Positions 1 through 8,241 of a stretch of 64,000 nucleotides of DNA are shown piece after piece (positions within the stretch are counted from its first letter, which is position 1; the number at the start of each line of letters is the position of its first letter). The position numbers and the translations under genes are program-made. Source of the stretch: Sphaerodactylus townsendi (Eukaryota). The stretch covers positions 22,258,001 to 22,322,000 of the forward strand of contig NC_059439.1 of the NCBI RefSeq assembly GCF_021028975.2. Reading direction: 5' to 3'. The notes under the pieces are model-generated. The model was given only the letters and a program-made list of their open reading frames with translations. It made no database searches and was not told the origin of the DNA.

Positions 1-104
1 GTAACAGCAACCCACATTCTTTCTATGGGCTCTGATCATTGCCTGCATGGACCATGTGAATGGGAAAACAGGAGAGTGGGTTACTTTATCCCACCTGCAA
101 CCTG

Positions 105-244
105 GGCTGATTCCGCATGGACCAAAAAGCAGCAGTGTGAAAATGGTGTGAAAACAGTAAAAACCCTTTTACACCGTTTTAAACCCTTTTACACCATTTT
201 CACACCGTTTTCACACTGCTGTTTTTGGCCCATGAGGAATTGCC
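105..244. mobile_element. Palindromic MITE, Harbinger-like termini
   Basis: Long imperfect inverted repeat GGCTGATTCCGCATGGACCAAAAAGCAGCAGTGTGAAAA ... TTTTCACACTGCTGTTTTTGGCCCATGAGGAATTGCC; termini resemble the other GGC..TTCCGCA MITEs in the window. Confidence 0.6.
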
Positions 245-859
245 ACTGCTCTCCTTGTGCTGTGTGGAGGGGGTCTGGGTTCTTAAAAAAAATTCAGACA
301 AGAGTAAAGGTAATTTGAGTACAATTACAAACCAACCTATCTGCAAAATAAAATTAAAGAAGGTCCCTGAAATTCAGCGCATGTTGCCACAATTTTACCT
401 AAACATAAGTTATAAAGCCCATCTTTGAGAGTTTTGTATGTATATGAGAATTGTAAGAACTTTGATGAACAATTTTCTTTGTATTTCTATATTCTTGTAG
501 ACACAGACATGTCTACAATGCAAGCCAGTGAGTATTCTTTTTTTTAAAAAAATTAAAGAATAAATAACCACAAATACCAGCTTGTTTGGCTGCATTGCCA
601 CCTGCTACCTTTCCATACCTGAGGAATGGGTGGGGTGAAGGGAGAGAAACGCAAGTGACAGAAATACAGTGAAGATCCATGGTTCCAATTGAACGTTTGC
701 TATATTCAAGAAAAGACCAAGTGACAACAATCCTTTCTGAACAGCAAAAATTTAAAAAAATCCCACGGTGACTTGTTTTGTCAAGACTGTACAGACAAAA
801 AAAGGATTGCTGGGAAAAGGAGGTCTTTCCTGCACTTCCCTCCCACTAGTTCTCACTCA

Positions 860-1327
860 CGCCCACCATTTTCTCCCACTTGTGATTCTCCATCCTGCCT
901 GATATTTGGTGAAGGTTTCTCATGAAGGTTTCCACTGCTTGCAGCTTGTCTGCATGTGATTTCATTGTAAACAGTACATGAATAAAGTTTGTTTTTCCTG
1001 ACAATATTGCATACACATTGTTTTTCTTTTGTTGTTGTTGTTGTTGCTTTGAGGGAGCTGTCTGCAAAGCTACAATGATACAAAATATGCACATATTTCA
1101 GATTCTCATATCGTGTCGCTGTAGCTTCGCAGACAGCTCCCTCAAAACAAAAGAAAAAGAAAAACAACGTGTGTGTTGGATTGCCAGGAATAACAAACTT
1201 TATATACCTTTTTACAGTAAAATGATCATGCGTGGATAAGCTGCAAGCAGAGGAAACCTCCATGGGAAACCTTCATCAAATGACTGGCAGGATGGAGGAT
1301 TTCTGCAGCAGCACAAAATGGTGGGCG
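860..1327. repeat. Old foldback / long inverted repeat (probable decayed MITE), arms ~220 bp
   Basis: GAGGGAGCTGTCTGCAAAGCTACA pairs with TGTAGCTTCGCAGACAGCTCCCTC; pairing continues outward to CGCCCACCATTTT / AAAATGGTGGGCG. Confidence 0.7.
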
Positions 1328-1529
1328 CAATCAGCAAAAACAGAAGTAAAATTCTTTGAAATTACTTGGTGGAAAAAATAATACATTTCCTGCTTTCCTG
1401 TTCTCCATGCAGCAAGCAGGAAATTACTTGACCCCATCTTGGGAAAAAAGAATGGCAAATTTAGCGATTTCTAAAAACCCCGGGTTGAGCAGAAATAACA
1501 CATCCAGAGGGTGTTTTGGGGAGAAAAGC

Positions 1530-1623
1530 NNNNNNNNNNNNNNNNNNNNNNNNNNNNNNNNNNNNNNNNNNNNNNNNNNNNNNNNNNNNNNNNNNNNNNN
1601 NNNNNNNNNNNNNNNNNNNNNNN
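1530..1623. other. Assembly gap (others at 20206-20293, 40717-40810, 44148-44302, 55913-56004, 61709-61850)
   Basis: N runs. Confidence 1.
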
Positions 1624-1625
1624 AN

Positions 1626-1800
1626 CAACTGTGACATACTTTGAATGGCTGCATCGCACCCCTCAGAGGGTTTCCTCAGAAGCGACACCCATTGCCACCA
1701 ACCAAACTTACTCCCAGGTAAAGGATCATGACCAGCCAGCCTAGATGTGTGGGAGGGGTGCCTTTCCATTCCCCCCCCCCCAAGGAATGCGGGCACACAC
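1626..1800 (+). mobile_element. Fragment of the hAT MITE family seen intact at 17930-18336
   Basis: Shares TTACTCCCAGGTAAAGGATCATG..CCAGCCTAG core with 18178-18214. Confidence 0.6.
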
Positions 1801-2613
1801 ATCAATGACATTGCACAATATCAGGCTGCGTGTTTGCATGAGCACGTACTGCAGGCCTCTGCAATTGATTTGCTGCTACTGTTCCTTTCCCATTTCACCA
1901 CAATAAGCCACAGCAATGCGTGGCCGGGCCATGCTAGTGTGTGTATAAAGTGCTGTCAAGTCACAGTCAACTTAGGGCAACCCCAACAAGGGGCTTTCAA
2001 GGCAAGTGGGAAGCAGAGGTGGTTTGCTATTGCCTTCCTCTGTAGAGGCTTCCTTGGAAGTCTCCCTTCCACAAGTACCAACCCTGTTTCGTTTCCAAGA
2101 TCTAATGAGATTGGGCTACGTTATGTGGCCTCCCTTCTCAATGATCTAATGTAAGGCAGCCAAAATGACAAATCTCTACATCTGTGGAGGATTTCCACTG
2201 GTGGATAGATGGCGCCTCAATGGCCAGAAACTAAAGGTTCCGAGGGGAAGCCTGAAAAGGAGCCCAGTGGTGTTAGTTCCAGCAGCGGGTGTGGCAATTT
2301 CAAAACCATGAATAAGAGATTAGCAATCCATACAATGTATGAAGGAGTGTCTGCACTGAAGGGGGAAATTCAGCACAAGGAAACATCAAATGGCTTCTAG
2401 ATACGAAAGGAAACACAAGGAAACACAAAAACCTCTGGATATGATTCATACAAGAGAGAGAAGCACAATTAAAAAAGGATTTTCGAGTAGCCTCCCTCCT
2501 CAAAGCACCAAGTGGTTATTATTTTATTCCTCAATAGGAAATCAGTAGAACCTACCTGCTTAACATGAAGTTCAAGAGCACATATGGTGTAGGTAGGAGA
2601 ACTAGCGTGGTGT

Positions 2614-2755
2614 GGCCTCATTCCGCACATGCAGAATAATGCACTTTCAAACTGCTTTCAATGCTCTTTGAAGCTGTGCAGAATGGCAAAATCCACTTGC
2701 AAACAGTTGTGAAAGTGGTTTGAAAATGCATTATTTTGCGTGTGCGGAAGGGGCC
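2614..2755. mobile_element. ~141-bp Harbinger-like MITE inserted in the head of an old SINE
   Basis: Near-identical to 22970-23110 and 51572-51712; TIR GGC(C/T)CATTCCGCAC / GTGCGGAAGGGGCC. Confidence 0.8.
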
Positions 2756-4092
2756 GTAGTGACTAGAATGTTGAATCAGAACCAGGGAAACTCATGTTCC
2801 AATCCCACTATGTCATGTAATTCATTGGTTGACCATGAGTCAATCTCTTTCCCTCAGGCTAAATTACCTCACAGAATTGTTGCGAGGATAAAATGGAGGA
2901 TAGGGAGTCGAGAGGGAAACTAGGCCTCCTTAAGAAAGGGTGGAATAAAAATGCACTTTATTCACACATTTTTGAGGTGCTATTGCTCATCATTCCTGAC
3001 TCCTGATAGCTGATTTGTCACTCTTTTAGTGACATGTACATGCTCTGAGAGGCAACTTTTTTTGGTGTTATGTCGGATCCACTGCAAGTTCAGCACTTGC
3101 AAATTGTTTCATGGGCTTGCCTCATTTGCTCAACAAAAATGATGGATCATGCCTTTACTAACATATTCCATGCACTTTATTTTAGGTAAACATTTAAGAG
3201 CATTCAAAAGCCTCAGCTTTCGAGCAAAGTAGTTTCCGCATCTGTTACTTCTCTGAAGATTAATCGGTAGCACACGGCGTCCATGCCCAAAGCCCTCTCT
3301 GAATATTCACCCAGCAGTTTTGTGTCGCGAACTATGAGCTGGGAAGTTAGCTGAGTTCAGAAACAGAGCTTCATTTAAGGTTTTCGACGAGTAAATAGTC
3401 ATACATCCCAGCCACTTAAGACAGGAAATGTCCTCACAATTGCTGTCACCCTTATGTTGAGAGGTTAAAGGGCATGCTTGTCAACAGGTCAAACTACAAC
3501 GCTAATTCACCTCACTAATGAGTCCCAAGCAACCCATGGAGCATTTGTTCACAGCTCTTGGCATGCCCCCAATGAATAAAGAAAATGAAAACCTTCTGGA
3601 AGAGGTTAGCTTAGCCGTTGTCACACATGCATGGGAAATTTCCTTGCAGTTCTCTCTACAATAGCTACGAGCCTTGCTGGTGTGTTGAATGGAAGTAAGA
3701 CATTTGATCCTTGTTAGAAAGCTATAAACATGGAAAAGTTTAGACACAACTTGCAAATGTACATAAAATAAATTAGAGATGAAGGGAGCGTAACTTTCTG
3801 TTGTCCCTTCCCCAAAATTAGGGTTGCCAAACTCCAGGCGGTACCTGGAGATCTCCCAGAATTAGAATTAATTTTCAGGTGATAGAAATCAATTTGCATG
3901 GAGAAAATAGTTGCTTAGGAGAGTGGTCCACTGAGGTCCTGCCCCTCCACAAACCCCTCCCTCCCCCAGTCTCCACCCCAAAAATCTCCAGTTAGTTCCC
4001 AATTTAGAGTTGGCAACTTATCAAAAATGCAGAAGCAAGAACCTGATTGAGTTCCTCCATTTTCCGTCCACTAAGTTACTGGCCAAATTAAA

Positions 4093-4390
4093 GGAGGAGA
4101 AGAAAGTTTGGATTTATACTCCACTTTTCTCAGTTGTAAGGACCCTCAAAGCAGCTTACAAGCTCCTTCCCTTCCACTCCCCACAACAGACATCTTGTGA
4201 GGTGGGTGGGACTGAGAGAGTTCAGAGAGAACTTAGACTAGCCCAAGATCACCCCAGAAGGCTTCATGTGCAGGCGTAGGGAAATAAATCCAGTGTACCA
4301 GATTAGAGTCCACCACACATATGGAGTGGGGGAATCAAACCTGGTTCTCCAGATTAGAGTGCACTGCTACTAACCACTACACCACGCTGC
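4093..4390 (-). mobile_element. tRNA-derived SINE (squamate type)
   Basis: Minus-strand head AGCGTGGTGTAGTGGTTAG, B-box GGTTTGATTCCC, 3' ATAAATCCAAAC plus short TTC tail. Confidence 0.8.
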
Positions 4391-4420
4391 TTGACTGCTA
4401 CTTCCAAGTATAGATTCCAT

Positions 4421-4797
4421 CAGTGGCGTAGGAGGTTAAGAGCTCATGTATCTAATCTGGAGGAAGCAGGTTTGATTCCCAGCTCTGCCGCCTGAGCTGT
4501 GGAGGCTTATCTGGGGAATTCAGATTAGCCTGTACACTCCCACACACACCAGCTGGGTGACCTTGGACTAGTCACAGCTTTTTGGAGTTCTCTCAGCCGC
4601 ACCCACCTCACATGGTGTTTGTTGTGGGTGGGGAAGGGCAAGGAGATTGTAAACCCCTTTGAGTCTCCTGCAGGAGAGAAAGGGGGGATATAAATCCAAA
4701 CTACTCCTCCTCCTCCTCCTCTTCCTCCTCCTCCTCCTCCTCTTCTTCTTCTTCTTCTTCTTCTTCTTCTTCTTCTTCTTCTTCTTCTTCTTCTTCT
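4421..4797 (+). mobile_element. tRNA-derived SINE with (CCT)n(CTT)n tail
   Basis: CAGTGGCGTAGGAGGTTAAGAGC head, GGTTTGATTCCC B-box, GATATAAATCCAAAC then microsatellite; near-identical to 33085-33388. Confidence 0.85.
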
Positions 4798-5951
4798 CTG
4801 CGTTTGCAGAAAAACATCATCGAAACGTGTGGAACTGACTTGAAGTGAATCAGAAAATTGGTCTGCTTTTCCTGACTGGCAGTAACTTACCAGGGTCCCA
4901 GGTGAAAGCCTTTCACACCACCTTCTACCTGATCATGGCAGCAATGGCAGCCCTTCCTCTCACCCCAGGTGGCTGGCAGCCCATATCTACTCTGACTGGC
5001 AAAGTCCTTTCAGATTATTTAAAACTTGATCCTTTTAACTGGAGATACTGGGCACTGAACATTCTGTACACAATGCAGGTATACACCCAGTGAGTCCTTG
5101 AACCAGGATGCTACTAGTTCATACTCTGTGATTGTCTGGTAAAAAAACACTAGTATGGTTTGCCATTTATAAAACCACAGGTTGGGGTCCAGTTCTAAGG
5201 CTAAGAAGATTTCCTTTATCCTGTTTCTCGGCTATTACAAAAACTGATTTCTGGATTTTCTCTGATGGAAAGTTTGTTGTTTTAATCATTCTCCCATCAA
5301 CTGATGGAAAGCAATGGGCAAAGCCCACTGTGGGCAGGGATCTCCCATTCCCAGTGGGCATATAGTAGAAAGAGCAGAAAAGCTGGTTCCAAGAACATGA
5401 TATCTAATGTCTGGGTTTCTAGAAACTTTCCAGGGTTTTCTGGGCACATCAGATATACAGTGATTAATCCCAAAGATGTACAGCATCTGAGTGGTCTGAG
5501 GAAACGTGACGAGGAGGACAGATGCATGCAGGGAAGCAGGGAGGCTTTTCTCTGTTGAACAGTGGACTGGGAAGTCTACCACAACCACAGCAACAGGTAA
5601 ATAGGTGTGGGACTCCAATGAGCTTCTAATGATGCTATCCTGAGCATTATGAGAGTTCAGGAATTTTTGATCCGTCAGATGTTCCAAACTTTTGCGATTT
5701 GTTGGGGGATTGCTCAGTTTGTCCAAGCCACCCATCCTGAATGTACATTAAGAACTTTGAACGTAATATTTTTAAATCAGTTATTCATCACAGTTGCATT
5801 TATGGGAGTTAAAGTATTATTGAACTTTGGGAAGATATTGGGGGATGCAGCCTTCTCAAGAACAAAGGAAGCTTAGGAACTGATGTTTGTGATGCAGGTA
5901 GACTTCAGTCAAGTAGCTCCTTCGAGTTGTGAGTTTTCGAGAGTCAAAACT

Positions 5952-6406
5952 TGTAGTCGAGCCACGTGGTCAGCGCAAGAACGAGACGAGACGCGGAGAT
6001 AACATCTGGTGGAGATCGCCAGCAGCGGGAGCGCGGAGGTCCGCGTTCCTAGTGAATCTCCCGCGTGCTGGTTCCTGGCACCTTTTATTATGATTCTAAT
6101 GGGGGCGTGTAGAGGGGCGGGACGGGAGAGTCCGGGAGAGCGGGAGAGCGGGAGATCATCATGTGATGCATGATCTCACCTGGCTGCTACGTGCGGAGAA
6201 GAGCGTAAGCGTCTGGGCCTAATCCTCACCTGGGGGCAGATCATTGTCCCTTTGTCTGGGACGCCCGGTGACTGAGCCAGATAGTTCATGACCCGTGACT
6301 CATACGGGGTTGAGGAGTGGGGGTGCGGTGCGACCAGAAGGCCGTAGGTCCGTTGGTGTGCCAACGTTCTACCACGGTGCTGCTGGGTCAGCAGTGCATT
6401 ACTACA
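5952..6406 (-). repeat. 3' LTR (455 bp)
   Basis: Direct repeat of 10736-11182; TG..CA ends; AATAAA on minus strand at 6084-6089; GC boxes; CpG-rich. Confidence 0.97.
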
Positions 6407-6420
6407 TCTCCTCCTTTTTT
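6407..6420 (-). promoter_or_regulatory. Polypurine tract
   Basis: AAAAAAGGAGGAGA on minus strand abutting the 3' LTR. Confidence 0.92.
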
Positions 6421-6567
6421 ACATTTTAGAAGGGGGACCGAAATGCTAGGGGGTGATTTAAAGGGACGCTTGTCTCCTCCGCCGTCTGGTCAAGCTGACC
6501 GAGCTGCTTGTGTAACATTAGAACTTGGTTGCGGGGTAAGGGAAATTCGAGGGGCTTCTTACACACG

Positions 6568-7200
6568 TTAGGCAATATTAGATACACATTGAATGAAACA
6601 AGATCCGACGACGAGGCATACAATCAAACCAATGCAGAGCTGTACGATAGCACTCAACCATCCTCCTGGCAGCCAGCTCCAGAGGGCTGACCACCAATGG
6701 GGCAATACATCGTATTTCAGATTGGATACAATTTCTTGCAACTCACGCACTTTCATATGAATCAACTGGGAATTATCAGAGAGATTAAAGCAACACATAT
6801 TATGTACATTCTCACAACCCTGGTGATGCAATAACAACAAACAATCAATGGCGGCACGATAATCTAAAGTCGCTTGACGAAGTTCCTGCTGCTCGGAGGC
6901 CAGGGCATCCAGAGCAATGGAGGTGGAGTTGATGGACTTCGCAAGGGCACAGGCCAGCCGGCCAATAGTCTTGGTGTTACAGGAAACAAGTCCGGGGACT
7001 CCCACAAGGGAAGTTGCGAGGGAAACACACTCCGCCTTGGTTAGAGCCGCCGCGTCGCTCCGGCAAGGGGGGTCGAGGGGAAGGGCGGAGCGGCGGCTGT
7101 GCTTGGGCTTCCGGGGTGAAGCCTGAGGCAGAACGATGGTGAAGCGGTAGCAGAGAGTTCCGGCAGACACAGGCGGAAATGCAGCAACAACAAATAACAT
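6568..7200 (-). CDS. env: Mini-Env (210 aa from first ATG): short signal peptide + ASLV-like TM subunit, SU essentially absent
   Basis: MLFVVAAFPPVSAG leader; basic KHSRR/S site; Cys-flanked internal fusion peptide (LDPPC...IGRLAC); heptad/ISD-like LDYRAAIDCLLL; CX6CC (CENVHNMCC) followed by FNLSD; Trp-rich segment and TM helix. The ORF track starts at a TTG (7332); the first in-frame ATG is at 7200. Confidence 0.88.
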   Translation of the reverse strand: MLFVVAAFPPVSAGTLCYRFTIVLPQASPRKPKHSRRSALPLDPPCRSDAAALTKAECVSLATSLVGVPGLVSCNTKTIGRLACALAKSINSTSIALDALASEQQELRQATLDYRAAIDCLLLLHHQGCENVHNMCCFNLSDNSQLIHMKVRELQEIVSNLKYDVLPHWWSALWSWLPGGWLSAIVQLCIGLIVCLVVGSCFIQCVSNIA

Positions 7201-7869
7201 AACTTCTAAAATTAAGGCATGCAATAACTTCAGCAATAGTTGGTTCACAGTAAGCAATAAAACATGGCTAAACGATACATAGGCTGGATGATGTACGGAA
7301 GGAAGGCAACCCGTGGTTGCATAATTGTCCAATGCATGGCTCTTGCTGTTTGACTACCAAAGCTACAGAGCGATGGCGTTAGAGTCCATGGATTTCTCAA
7401 GAGCGTAGGGAGAGCTACTGATAGTCTTTAGCATTGCAGGTTCAGTGGTTCTCACGAGCAAGGTTGTGAGAGAAGGCGTGTTCCAACAATATTCAAGCGG
7501 CTGAAAACAGCAGAGAGTTCCAAGGGTTAATCTATCAGGAATGTTCCTGGCTGCAATTCCAAGTTTCAGCCAGGGGGCGGCAGAGAGGGAGAGAGAATGG
7601 CGACTGTGGATGAGGGGCAGCGACACACAGTATCAAACTCTGAGCCATAGCTGGCCCAGGCTGCCGTTCCCCCCCGGGGTGGCCCCAGTGAGGGCTGCGA
7701 TCTCCGTGGAAGAATGGGTGTGCTGGCTCCAGAGAGATCCCTCCCATCTCGGCCCAGGCTGGGGGGCAATCGGGCCCTCTCAACAGGGCGGCTGGGTTGG
7801 ATCCTCCAGGGAGGCCCGCTCCATCTCCGGGATGGGGCTGGCCTGGCATGGCGAGCTGGACTCCTGTAT

Positions 7870-7950
7870 GGAAGAGAAAAACAAGCAACGCTTTTCCCCC
7901 AGGGGGTTTGCGCGCTGGCTGGGTTAGTAGATGACAATAGAGGACCTGAG
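7870..7950 (-). pseudogene. Possible eroded integrase C-terminal remnant
   Basis: QVLYCHLLT then, frameshifted, TPWGKSVACFSLP; weakly resembles class II IN CTD V.Y(K/R)D.LT...W...L.WGRGYAC.S; expected position. Confidence 0.35.
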
Positions 7951-8241
7951 CCCTGAGTGGGGGGGGGGGGGCGAGCAATTTTTGAATGATTGATAGAGAA
8001 CGATACTTTGGATATGGTCTGCTGGATGAGACCTTGATTGGGTCGATAGGGGGGGGGGAACTACTCCCCTTTCTTTCGTTTGTTTTGGCCAAGCTTTCCT
8101 TAGGCGCAGTTGGCCCATTCCGACAACGATCGCTTGCAACATTCGAGGCGTTAAGAGACACAAGGCAGGGAATTGCCCGAAGGCTTAGATGGACGAAGGA
8201 AAAGGTTCTCGAGGAGAGGTTTGAAGAAGAGTTTTGAAGGT

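Noticed and set aside
7201-7332. Longer env N-terminus given by the ORF track
   Set aside because: Begins at TTG; first in-frame ATG is 7200. It could only be used via splicing or a non-AUG start.
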